DNA of 64,000 bases from an uncultured Gammaproteobacteria bacterium (GTDB lineage: Bacteria > Patescibacteriota > Patescibacteriia > VMEV01 > CAYQCH01), in the NCBI GenBank assembly GCA_964503955.1, contig CAZDCG010000002.1, forward strand, positions 13,047 to 77,046, given 5' to 3'. The notes under the pieces are model-generated. The model was not told the origin of the DNA. It saw nothing but the letters and a program-made list of their open reading frames with translations, and ran no database searches. The position numbers and the translations under genes are program-made. Shown here piece by piece: positions 1 to 8,545 of the stretch; position 1 is the first letter of the stretch; each line of letters opens with the position of its first letter.

Positions 1-36
1 GCCGGGCTTATTTGTTTTGTGGTATGCTGAACGCAT

Positions 37-570
37 ATGAAAAAACGCTTTCTCTTCATCTTCGCGCTTGTCCTTTTTGCACCTTCCATTGCCAATGCCT
101 GTTCCTGCATCCCTCCTGAACCGCCTCTTGAAGCAAAGGAGCGCGCTGCCGCAGTTTTTGCCGGCAGAGTGGAAAGCATTGAGCAATCTGATTGGCTCAT
201 GCAAGGCGGAGCTGATCCTGTGATTGTAAGGATGACTGTTTCAGACGTATGGAAAGGACCTGAGAATCAGAACGTGACCATTCGCACGGCGCGCGACAGT
301 GCTGCCTGCGGATACTCCTTTGAAGAAGGGAAAGCATATCTGGTCTACGCGCATGAATCGGATAACGGATTGGCAACCGGTATTTGTGAACGCACGGCCT
401 TGCTGAGCGACGCTGAAGAAGATGTCAAAGAGCTTGGCGAAGCAATCGAGCCGGCCAGTTCAGAGGAGCCAATCTCAGCAAGAGGGAAGGAAGAGTATCT
501 GGCCGTTTCCATTCTCGTTCTGGTGATTGCGGGGGCATTCCTCTTTTGGGTTCGGTCAAGACGAGCATAA
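37..570 (+). CDS. Secreted or membrane-anchored TIMP-like (NTR-domain) protein. Signal peptide, mature N-terminus CSC, C-terminal TM helix.
   Basis: N-terminal signal peptide MKKRFLFIFALVLFAPSIANA followed by CSCIPP. Downstream motifs KGPE, SAACGxS and GKxYLxxxxExDNG line up with the TIMP N-domain (CSCSPV, KGPE, SAVCGVS, KKEYL). C-terminal hydrophobic stretch YLAVSILVLVIAGAFLFWV. Confidence 0.5.
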   Translation: MKKRFLFIFALVLFAPSIANACSCIPPEPPLEAKERAAAVFAGRVESIEQSDWLMQGGADPVIVRMTVSDVWKGPENQNVTIRTARDSAACGYSFEEGKAYLVYAHESDNGLATGICERTALLSDAEEDVKELGEAIEPASSEEPISARGKEEYLAVSILVLVIAGAFLFWVRSRRA

Positions 571-588
571 CTACTTTTTTGGCTGCAT

Positions 589-1047
589 ATGCAATCAAAA
601 GCCGCGACAGTCGCCGCGTATCTCAAAGCATTGCCGGCCGAGAGGCGAAAAGCCTTGCAGGAAGTGCGAAAGGTGATAAAAGCGCATTTGCCAAAAGGCT
701 ACAAAGAAGTGATGCAATACGGAATGATCAGCTATGTCGTTCCGCTTTCCGTGTATCCGGCAGGATATCTCAATGATAAAAAAACGCCGCTACCATATGC
801 GGCGCTTGCTGCTCAGAAACATCATCTGGCAGTGTATCTGATGAATATCTATGCGGACAAAGACGCGAGCAAGTGGTTTACGGAAGCGTATAGGAAATCG
901 AGGAAGAAACTTGACGCTGGCAAATCCTGCGTGCGTTTTAAAAAGCTTGAAGACCTGCCGCTGGATGTGATTGGAAAAGCCGTGGCGCGTCATACGGTTT
1001 CCGCGTGGATCAAGGTGTACGAAGCATCACGGCGCAAGCGCGCATAA
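589..1047 (+). CDS. DUF1801 (YdhG-like) domain protein
   Basis: 152 aa. The N-terminus (AATVAAYLKALP...RKALQEVRKVIKAHLP) is typical of the YdhG/DUF1801 family. Recalled from memory. Confidence 0.45.
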   Translation: MQSKAATVAAYLKALPAERRKALQEVRKVIKAHLPKGYKEVMQYGMISYVVPLSVYPAGYLNDKKTPLPYAALAAQKHHLAVYLMNIYADKDASKWFTEAYRKSRKKLDAGKSCVRFKKLEDLPLDVIGKAVARHTVSAWIKVYEASRRKRA

Positions 1048-1062
1048 TCATTATCGATTCTT

Positions 1063-1488
1063 ATGCAATTCATTGAAAACCTGCGAAGAGAAGGAGCCGT
1101 CAAGGCGGTCCGGCACTTGATCTCGGCTCCATTTATCTATGCCATCTTCCCGGCATTTGTGCTTGTGCATGCCTTCTTTGAGCTCTATCATTTCGTTTGT
1201 TTCCCGCTCTACGGAATTCCGTATGTGCAACGCAGCAGGTATTTGCGCGTAGACCGGCAAAAGCTGAGCTATCTGAATTGGGTTGAGAAACTGAATTGCG
1301 TCTACTGCGGTTATGTAAACGGCATCTTAAATTATATGGTTGAAATTGCCGCTCGCACGGAAACATACTGGTGCGCCATCAAACATCAAAAATATCCCGG
1401 CATGATCGAGCCGGCACATCATGCTGATTTCGCGGAGTACGGAGATGAAGACGGATTTGTCAAAACATTGAATGACCGTCCCGAGTAA
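1063..1488 (+). CDS. Hypothetical membrane protein with CxxC motif
   Basis: 141-aa ORF with hydrophobic helices and a CVYCGY motif. No recognised family. Confidence 0.35.
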   Translation: MQFIENLRREGAVKAVRHLISAPFIYAIFPAFVLVHAFFELYHFVCFPLYGIPYVQRSRYLRVDRQKLSYLNWVEKLNCVYCGYVNGILNYMVEIAARTETYWCAIKHQKYPGMIEPAHHADFAEYGDEDGFVKTLNDRPE

Positions 1489-2529
1489 TCATTCCTTTTT
1501 GACGTGTTCATCAAAAAATTCGAGCGTGCGGCGCATGACAAGCGGCCAGGCATCGATAAATTCATGGGGTTCGCCTTCGTAGACATGATACAGATGCTTT
1601 TTGCCGGCCGCTTGCAAGGCCGTATCAAGTTCGTCTGACCAGGCGAGCGGAACATCTTTGTCATTTGTGCCATGATGCGTCATGACTGGGGCCGTGATCT
1701 GATCAAGAAAGTTCAGGGCAGAAACATGTTTCCAGAATTCAGGCTGCTCGCTGGGGGAGCCATAGAGCGCGAGAATCTGTTCAGCAATCTCGGTTCGCTG
1801 TTTTGTCCAGCGTTCAAAGTTTTTCCAGGCATCGCCGCTCACAGGCGCAAAAAGCACCGCCGCGTCAATAAGATCAGGTTTTGCCACCAGAATATTCAAC
1901 GTGATGCCGCCTCCCATGGAGTGGCCCAGCATGCCGATCCGGTCGGTATCCATAGATGGCAATCCAGATGCTTTCGCGGCGAATATGGCGTTGACCACAT
2001 CTTTTGCATAGGCAAGACGAAGCGAAAGCTCCTGATCGGGGTCTTTGTCGGATTGCGCGTGATTTCGATAGTCGGGGTGAATGACGATATAACCGTTTCG
2101 CGCAAAATAATCCTGCTCGCGTTTGAGCCCTCGGCCATTGGTATAAACGGCCGGGTCAATGTATCCGTGATTAAGAATCAGCACGGGGAAGGGACCGTCT
2201 CCGTGTGGAACATTCATGATGCCCGAAATCGTCAATTCGCCGCTTTTATACGTGATAAAGTAGCGGGTATAATCATTTGTGCGCGCAAGGACATCGCCGA
2301 CAGTGAAATCCCGGCCGTCAAATATTTCTTTGCTCAAGGCTTTTAAGGAAACCGGATGCGGCGATGCGGCATGAGCGTTTGCGTTTTCAGGCAGACTGTC
2401 GGTTTCACGCAATGCCGCAGGCTTTGCATCTGTTGAAAGTTCCGGCGCGGACTGTTTTTGTTGCGGCCAAAGAATCACCATGGCGCATAGGCCGGCGAAG
2501 AGGGTCAGTACCAATAGTCGTTGAGACAT
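1489..2529 (-). CDS. Secreted alpha/beta-hydrolase (S9 peptidase/esterase-like serine hydrolase)
   Basis: N-terminal signal peptide. GHSMGG nucleophile elbow (GxSxG). Alpha/beta fold pattern with C-terminal HxxxD. Confidence 0.7.
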   Translation of the reverse strand: MSQRLLVLTLFAGLCAMVILWPQQKQSAPELSTDAKPAALRETDSLPENANAHAASPHPVSLKALSKEIFDGRDFTVGDVLARTNDYTRYFITYKSGELTISGIMNVPHGDGPFPVLILNHGYIDPAVYTNGRGLKREQDYFARNGYIVIHPDYRNHAQSDKDPDQELSLRLAYAKDVVNAIFAAKASGLPSMDTDRIGMLGHSMGGGITLNILVAKPDLIDAAVLFAPVSGDAWKNFERWTKQRTEIAEQILALYGSPSEQPEFWKHVSALNFLDQITAPVMTHHGTNDKDVPLAWSDELDTALQAAGKKHLYHVYEGEPHEFIDAWPLVMRRTLEFFDEHVKKE

Positions 2530-2598
2530 ACTGCAAAGATAACAAATCAGGCGATCTATGCTATTCTATAATAAACTTAGCTTTTTTTACATGCTTTT

Positions 2599-3411
2599 AT
2601 GGTCATGAGAAAAATCGGACTCCTCATTGCCGTGCTGGTAATTGCGGGAGCTTTCTTTGCTCTTTATACTGCGAGAAATACGTCCGGCCCGTCAGACGAT
2701 GAAATGAAAAACGCCGATATGATGCGACAGGAGGCCAAATACGAAATCGAATCGGAAATGGTCGCGTATTTCGGCGATGTTGAAGGTTTATTCGCGCGTC
2801 CAAAAGGAGAGGGTCCCTTTCCCGGCGTGGTCGTGATTCATGAAAATCGAGGACTTCGCCCTGAAATTCGTGACACTGCCATGAACCTGGCAGGGCAGGG
2901 GTATATGGTATTGGCTGTTGATCTCCTTGGCGGCGTGGCGGAGGATCAGACCGGTGCGCGCGAGTTGACGGCAAAATTCAATCAGGAAACGGGGGTTGCC
3001 AATATGCGGGCGGCTGCTGCATTCCTTCGGGAGCAGGGCGCGCAGAGAATCGCGTCGCTTGGGTGGTGCTTTGGCGGACGCCAATCCTTGGCGCTGGCGA
3101 CATCGGGCGAGCAGCTTGACGCGACTATTGTGTATTACGGAGGCGGTATGCCGACAACCGAGCAGGAGCTCTCTCCGATCAAGTGGCCGGTTCTTGGTGT
3201 TTTCGGGGATCAGGATCAGGCAATTCCCGTTGAAAGAGTAAATGAGTTTGAATCATCTCTGAATGCGCTCGGCGTTGAAAATGAAGTCTATATCTATCCG
3301 GGTGTAGGCCATGCCTTTGCGAATCCTTCCGGCGCGAACTATGCTCCGGCAGAAACCATGGATGCCTGGGAGAAAACACTGCGTTTCTTAGAAGAGCATC
3401 TTGCAAACTAG
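2599..3411 (+). CDS. Dienelactone hydrolase family protein (membrane-anchored)
   Basis: N-terminal TM. VVVIHENRGL and GWCFGG (DLH Cys-nucleophile motif). C-terminal GVGHAF. Confidence 0.75.
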   Translation: MVMRKIGLLIAVLVIAGAFFALYTARNTSGPSDDEMKNADMMRQEAKYEIESEMVAYFGDVEGLFARPKGEGPFPGVVVIHENRGLRPEIRDTAMNLAGQGYMVLAVDLLGGVAEDQTGARELTAKFNQETGVANMRAAAAFLREQGAQRIASLGWCFGGRQSLALATSGEQLDATIVYYGGGMPTTEQELSPIKWPVLGVFGDQDQAIPVERVNEFESSLNALGVENEVYIYPGVGHAFANPSGANYAPAETMDAWEKTLRFLEEHLAN

Positions 3412-3547
3412 CAGTAAAATAATACATCTGAATTCTGAACTCAGGGTTCTGACCCTTGATCTGAAGACAGTTCAGCATCAGATAGAGAGTTCAGAGTACA
3501 GAGCTCAGTAAAAAGGGATCCATCTTGTCATCTTAACGGAAATAGCT

Positions 3548-4027
3548 ATGCCAAGCACGCAGTTGGCCACATTCGGAGGAGGATGTTTCTGGGGTGTTGA
3601 AGAATCCTTTCGAACCCTGGAGGGTGTTGCGCAAACGACCGTCGGCTATATGGGCGGCAACAAAGAACAGGCGACTTATGAGCAAGTCTGCACGGACAAA
3701 ACCGGCCATGTGGAAGTGGTGCACGTGGAATTTGATCCGCAAACGATCAGCTATGAATCGCTGGTCCGCACCTTCTTTGAAGTCCATGATCCAACTCAGG
3801 TCAACCGCCAGGGGCCCGATATTGGCACGCAGTACCGATCCGTCATTTTTTACCACTCTGCCGAACAAAAACAGGCGGCGGAACGAGTGAAAGACGAATT
3901 GGATGCGTCCGGCAAATTCGCTTTGCCGATCGCGACCGCCATTGAGCCGGCCAAGGAATTTTTCGAGGCAGAAGAGTATCACCAGAAATATCTTATGAAG
4001 CGGGGATTAAATGTCTGCCATGTCTGA
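3548..4027 (+). CDS. msrA: Peptide methionine sulfoxide reductase MsrA
   Basis: ATFGGGCFWGVE active-site motif. Length is about 159 aa. Confidence 0.9.
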   Translation: MPSTQLATFGGGCFWGVEESFRTLEGVAQTTVGYMGGNKEQATYEQVCTDKTGHVEVVHVEFDPQTISYESLVRTFFEVHDPTQVNRQGPDIGTQYRSVIFYHSAEQKQAAERVKDELDASGKFALPIATAIEPAKEFFEAEEYHQKYLMKRGLNVCHV

Positions 4028-4339
4028 TCCTCTGTTGATCGTGCTCAACAAGCGGGAGCGGCAGACCATGGTGAACAATAATTCAAGGCTTGTTTGAAGA
4101 GAAGGCATGTCAGCAGGAAATAACGGATTTTCTCTTGAAAATGGAGTATTTTGATGGTAGAGTACTCTATCAGGCGGCTTCGTAGCGCCCCCAGCTTTCC
4201 TTGCGCCAAAGTGTTTTCATGGCCGGTTGTTCTGCTTAGCTGCCAGTTTTGCTTGAATGTGCCGGCGAAACCTTTTATACTGCAGTATTGCCAGAAGCGT
4301 CATAAGTCGATGGCCGCACTTAACGCTTTTTTTGTCTCT

Positions 4340-5269
4340 ATGAATACGCTCACTGTCAGGAGGATAAGCAAAGAATATCACGGCGTGAAAGCCGTTGATT
4401 CCGTTGATTTTTCGATCCATAAAGGTCAAATCGTGGGGCTGCTCGGTCCAAATGGAGCAGGAAAGACCACAACCATGAGTATTATTTCAGGCATTTTGGC
4501 GCCTGAGTCAGGATCCGTGCTTTTTGACGACCAGGAGCTTGGTCCTGAAACGGAAATTGCGATTAAAAAACAAATCGGATTCCTTTCAGAAAGCAATCCG
4601 CTGTATCAGGACATGCTCGTGCGCGAGTATCTTGATTACGTTGCCGGGCTGCGGGGAATGAACAAAGAAGAACGAAAACGCGCGATTGACGAGGTCGTGC
4701 AAGAAACCGGCTTGCAGGATCGTCTCTATCAGCCAATTGAAGAACTTTCAAAAGGTTATAAGCAGCGCGTGGGGCTTGCCCAGGCGATTTTGCATAAACC
4801 TGATTTGCTGATTCTTGATGAACCGACCGAAGGACTCGATCCAAATCAGCGTGTCAGCATCAGAGATCTCATCGCAAAGCTCGGCAAAGAACGCACCGTA
4901 TTGATCAGCACGCATGTGCTTTCCGAAGTGCAAGCGATGTGCGATTCCGTCATCATCCTCAATGAAGGTAAAGTGATCGCGCAAGGCAGCGTTGACGAAA
5001 TTTTAAGGCAGAGCAAACAGGGGCAGCTCATTTCGCTTGAAGTACAAGGCAATGCAGTCAAAGACGCTTTGGAAAAAGCCGGGCTGCAAATCGTGGATCA
5101 TGAACAGAGAGAGGGAAGAGAAGTCTTCACCTTGCGCTCAACAAGCGCGGAGGATATGCGCCCAAAGGTATTTGCTATCGCCAAGGAGCAGTCCTGGATT
5201 TTGTATGAGCTGCATCAGAAAGCTCTCAACCTTGAAGAAACCTTCCGACAACTGACCAGCAAAGCGTAA
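4340..5269 (+). CDS. ABC transporter ATP-binding protein (ABC-2/GldA-like)
   Basis: Walker A GPNGAGKTT, signature LSKGYKQRVGLA, Walker B LILDEPT. The ORF track starts at 4151, but that N-terminal extension has no ABC homology, so the start is taken as the ATG at 4340 (MNTLTVRR). Confidence 0.85.
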   Translation: MNTLTVRRISKEYHGVKAVDSVDFSIHKGQIVGLLGPNGAGKTTTMSIISGILAPESGSVLFDDQELGPETEIAIKKQIGFLSESNPLYQDMLVREYLDYVAGLRGMNKEERKRAIDEVVQETGLQDRLYQPIEELSKGYKQRVGLAQAILHKPDLLILDEPTEGLDPNQRVSIRDLIAKLGKERTVLISTHVLSEVQAMCDSVIILNEGKVIAQGSVDEILRQSKQGQLISLEVQGNAVKDALEKAGLQIVDHEQREGREVFTLRSTSAEDMRPKVFAIAKEQSWILYELHQKALNLEETFRQLTSKA

Positions 5270-5273
5270 ACGT

Positions 5274-7493
5274 ATGAAATTCAACCCATTTTTGGCCGTC
5301 TTCAAAAAGGAAGTCAAAGCATATCTTGATCAGCCAATGGCCTATATACTTGCTGTTGTTTTCTTGGCGATCAATGCCTTCTTCTATTTCCGCACCAGTT
5401 TTCTTGAGGAGGTCGCAAGCCTGCGCTCCATGTTCCAGCTTTTGCCGTGGATCTTCCTTTTCTTTATTCCGGCTTTAACCATGCGGACCTGGGCTGAGGA
5501 GCGCCGCGAGAATACGCTTGGCATGCTTTTAAGTTATCCGGTTCATGTCTGGCAGATCATACTTGGCAAATATGCGGCCACGGTTTCCTATGTCGCGGTT
5601 ATTCTCGCCTTGACATGGATTATCCCGATCAGCCTTTCGGGGGCGGGGAATTTTGATTCCGGCACGATTATTGCTCAGTATCTTGGAGCTTTTCTGCTTA
5701 TGGCGGCTATGATCGCTGTTGGACAATGGGCATCCACGCTGACCAAAAACCAGGTGGTCGCTTTTATCATCAGCGTGGCTGTTTTGTTTGCTTTCGTTTT
5801 GGCGGGGCTTGACTTTGTGGTCCTGGCTTTGCCATATCCAATCAATTTGGTTTTTCAGCAGCTCGGTATCTTTTCGCACTTTCAGTCCATGACGCGCGGG
5901 CTGATCGACGCGCGCGATGTGCTCTACTTTGTGTCGCTTGCGGCCATCTTCCTGGCTTTGTCCTATCTGTGGCTGAATAAGGTGAAGCGTTCGGTAAAAA
6001 CCAAGGAGTGGAAAACCCTTCAGGCAACCATCGCCACCTTTGTCGCGATCGCCGTTGTGATCAATCTTTTTGGGCAAAGCCTTACCGTCCGCGCGGATAT
6101 CACGGAGCAGAAAGTGTACAGTCTCTCGCCGGCCACAAAATCTGTTTTGCGCAATCTGGAGGATACCATCCGATTGACGTTGTACCGGTCAAAAAAGCTG
6201 CCAACCCAGATCGAATTGCTCAGCCGCGATCTGCAGGACATTCTGGCTGATTATGACAAATTCGGCGGAAACAATGTTGATTTTTCCATCAAATACCCTG
6301 ATCAGGATCCGCAGATCGCGCAGGAAGCAAAACAGAAAGGCATTCCAGCCGTTCGCTTCAATGTGGTCCGCGAAGATGAATTCACCTTGCAGGAAGGATA
6401 TCTCGGCCTGGTGATCGAATACCTTGACGACCGCGAAGTACTGCCGTTCATCCAGCAAATCGGAGATCTTGAATACCAGCTCACAAGAGCCATGCTTGCT
6501 TTGCAAAGAGAACGGCTGCCGGTTCTTGGATATGTTTCTGATTTCGGCGGGAAAACCCTTGAAGAATTGTCTGCATTCGCGCCTGTTTTGCGCAAGGAAT
6601 TTACCGTGCAGCAGATTTCTCTTTCATCTGAAGAAGGGAGCAGTGAACCGGTTCAAATCGATGAGAGCATTGACGCGCTTTTCATTGCCGCTCCTACGCA
6701 AACGTATTCAGACGCCGCCGTTCAGGCCGTCCGCGACTATGTCAGCCGGGGAGGAAAGATTTTCTGGCTGGTTTCAGGGGTGAAAATCGATCAGGGCTCG
6801 TTAACGGTCAGCGCCAATACAACCGGCCTTGAGCCGATTCTTGCTGAGCACGGGATTACGCTTGAAAAAAATCTGGTCGCCGATCTGGCTTCTCATGAAA
6901 CCGTGAATTTCAGCGCGGGGTTATTTAATTACTTCCTTCCATATCCGCTTTGGGTCAAGGCGCGCGTCGGCCGTCATGTGATTGCTGGCAATACCTCGTC
7001 TATCACAATGGCCTGGCCAAGCTCCATCCAGCTGAGCAATGAGCAGGCGATTCCGCTTGTGACAACCTCCCCGTCATCGGTGGTGCAAACCGGTTCGTAT
7101 ATCGCGCATCCAGATCAGCTTGGCTCATTGCCAAAAGATAATTTCGCGTCCTATACGCTTGCCGCCGTCCTTCCGGATATTCCTGCGGATGAAGGAAATG
7201 AACCTGGCCGTTGGGTGGTTTTTGCAAGCAACCAGCTGCTTGAAAACACCATGCTGCAGCAAAACTCGCAGAATGCGGCGCTGGCGCTCAATGCACTTGA
7301 CTGGCTCTCGCAGAATGAAGCGCTTCTCTCTATTCGAACCAAAAACGCGGGCGCTCCGGTACTTGTCTGGTCATCAGCAGAGAAAAAGAATCTGGTGAAA
7401 TGGGGCAATATTGCCGGTGTTCCGCTGCTGGTCGCGGTTGCCGGAGCCGTGCATCTCATCCGCCGAAAACGTCTGTCTCAAAAACACGCTTAA
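5274..7493 (+). CDS. ABC-2 family permease fused to a GldG-like extracytoplasmic domain
   Basis: N-terminal region of about 250 aa with six hydrophobic helices. A large soluble domain is followed by a C-terminal TM. Its start is 4 nt after the ATPase stop. Confidence 0.65.
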   Translation: MKFNPFLAVFKKEVKAYLDQPMAYILAVVFLAINAFFYFRTSFLEEVASLRSMFQLLPWIFLFFIPALTMRTWAEERRENTLGMLLSYPVHVWQIILGKYAATVSYVAVILALTWIIPISLSGAGNFDSGTIIAQYLGAFLLMAAMIAVGQWASTLTKNQVVAFIISVAVLFAFVLAGLDFVVLALPYPINLVFQQLGIFSHFQSMTRGLIDARDVLYFVSLAAIFLALSYLWLNKVKRSVKTKEWKTLQATIATFVAIAVVINLFGQSLTVRADITEQKVYSLSPATKSVLRNLEDTIRLTLYRSKKLPTQIELLSRDLQDILADYDKFGGNNVDFSIKYPDQDPQIAQEAKQKGIPAVRFNVVREDEFTLQEGYLGLVIEYLDDREVLPFIQQIGDLEYQLTRAMLALQRERLPVLGYVSDFGGKTLEELSAFAPVLRKEFTVQQISLSSEEGSSEPVQIDESIDALFIAAPTQTYSDAAVQAVRDYVSRGGKIFWLVSGVKIDQGSLTVSANTTGLEPILAEHGITLEKNLVADLASHETVNFSAGLFNYFLPYPLWVKARVGRHVIAGNTSSITMAWPSSIQLSNEQAIPLVTTSPSSVVQTGSYIAHPDQLGSLPKDNFASYTLAAVLPDIPADEGNEPGRWVVFASNQLLENTMLQQNSQNAALALNALDWLSQNEALLSIRTKNAGAPVLVWSSAEKKNLVKWGNIAGVPLLVAVAGAVHLIRRKRLSQKHA

Positions 7494-7503
7494 TCTGAAC
7501 CGT

Positions 7504-8436
7504 ATGAAAAAACTCGCCATCTTGTTGTTGATTTTTGTCTTGCTTCTCGCCGGTTATTTCCTCGTCAGAAAACTATTAACGCCAGACGTGTTTCGCGCTC
7601 CGGAGGGATTTCGAACCGCAGAATGGAAGGAAGAAATGATCGATGAGATTTCCATTCAACAAGAGGGAGTTGAGGAATTGATCCTCCATAAGGAAGATGG
7701 AGCCTGGTCTGTTCAAGCGTACCCGGCGGATGCACAACGCGTCCGTGAGCTGTTTAACGCTTTGCAGAATAGCTTGATCACTTCGCGCGTTTCCTCTAAC
7801 AGTCTGAATCATGAACGGTTTGAAGTTGATGAAAAGAATGGGAAAACGGTCCGCTTCTCCCGCGAAGGAAATGAATTCCAGCGCATGATTGTCGGAAAAT
7901 CCGCCGGGGGAAATAGCGTCTATGTCCGCCTTGAAGGTGAAGAGAATGTGTTTGTGCTGAGCGGGCTTGCAAGCTACCTGGCCACCGCCGAGCAGGATTT
8001 TTGGCGGGATCGCCAGGTCTTTTCAATGGAGCATGATGATATCAGACTTGTTCGCTTCCAGACGGCAGCTGAAACATGGGAGATAAAAAAACAGAACGAA
8101 GGATGGGCGATCGCAAGAAATGCGCAAGCGCCTATGTCCTTGTCTGATGAGCGCGTCAGCAATTGGATGAATGGTTTGCTTGCTATGCAGGCGGGATCTT
8201 TTCCCGAAGAGGGGGATGCGATTTCTGGTGCGGCCAAAACACTGACCATTGAAACCGGAACTCCTGAAGAATTCAGCGCGTCATTTACCTACAAACTTGG
8301 TGCGCCTGAAAACGGATTTGTACTTGTCGCTCCTGAGCAGGGGTATCCGGTGCTTGTACAGGAATCGACCATCGACACAACGCTTCAATCGTATCAGAAG
8401 CTTTTAGAGACGTTGGCAGACCAGCCTTCCGCATAA
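7504..8436 (+). CDS. DUF4340-like membrane-anchored protein (GldG-associated)
   Basis: MKKLAILLLIFVLLLAGYF anchor. Its position directly after the GldG-like gene is the typical arrangement. The start was moved from 7411 to the ATG at 7504. Confidence 0.45.
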   Translation: MKKLAILLLIFVLLLAGYFLVRKLLTPDVFRAPEGFRTAEWKEEMIDEISIQQEGVEELILHKEDGAWSVQAYPADAQRVRELFNALQNSLITSRVSSNSLNHERFEVDEKNGKTVRFSREGNEFQRMIVGKSAGGNSVYVRLEGEENVFVLSGLASYLATAEQDFWRDRQVFSMEHDDIRLVRFQTAAETWEIKKQNEGWAIARNAQAPMSLSDERVSNWMNGLLAMQAGSFPEEGDAISGAAKTLTIETGTPEEFSASFTYKLGAPENGFVLVAPEQGYPVLVQESTIDTTLQSYQKLLETLADQPSA

Positions 8437-8461
8437 CAGCGTTTCAAACGCAAAGGCATGG

Positions 8462-8494
8462 CGGACGGGCTCGCTCGTCCGTTTATGTGTTTTT
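8462..8494 (+). terminator. Rho-independent terminator candidate after the DUF4340-like gene
   Basis: cggacg-ggctcgct-cgtccg hairpin followed by a T-rich run (tttatgtgttttt). Confidence 0.5.
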
Positions 8495-8545
8495 AAGGAA
8501 AATTTGCCAATCCGTTTGTTTTCTGTTCAGATAACGGCATGAACT

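Noticed and set aside
1672-2346. 224-aa + strand ORF
   Set aside because: It lies entirely antisense to the well-supported alpha/beta-hydrolase gene (GHSMGG) on the minus strand. Its composition is R/G-rich and shows no motifs, so it is a shadow ORF.
4151-4339. N-terminal extension of the ABC ATPase ORF as given by the ORF track
   Set aside because: The extension (MMVEYSIRRLRSAPSFPCAKVFSW…) has no similarity to ABC N-termini and a junk-like composition. The conserved ATPase begins at MNTLTVRR (ATG at 4340).
5529-6077. 182-aa minus-strand ORF inside the permease gene
   Set aside because: It is antisense to a polytopic ABC-2 permease with clear TM periodicity. R/H/K-rich nonsense composition.
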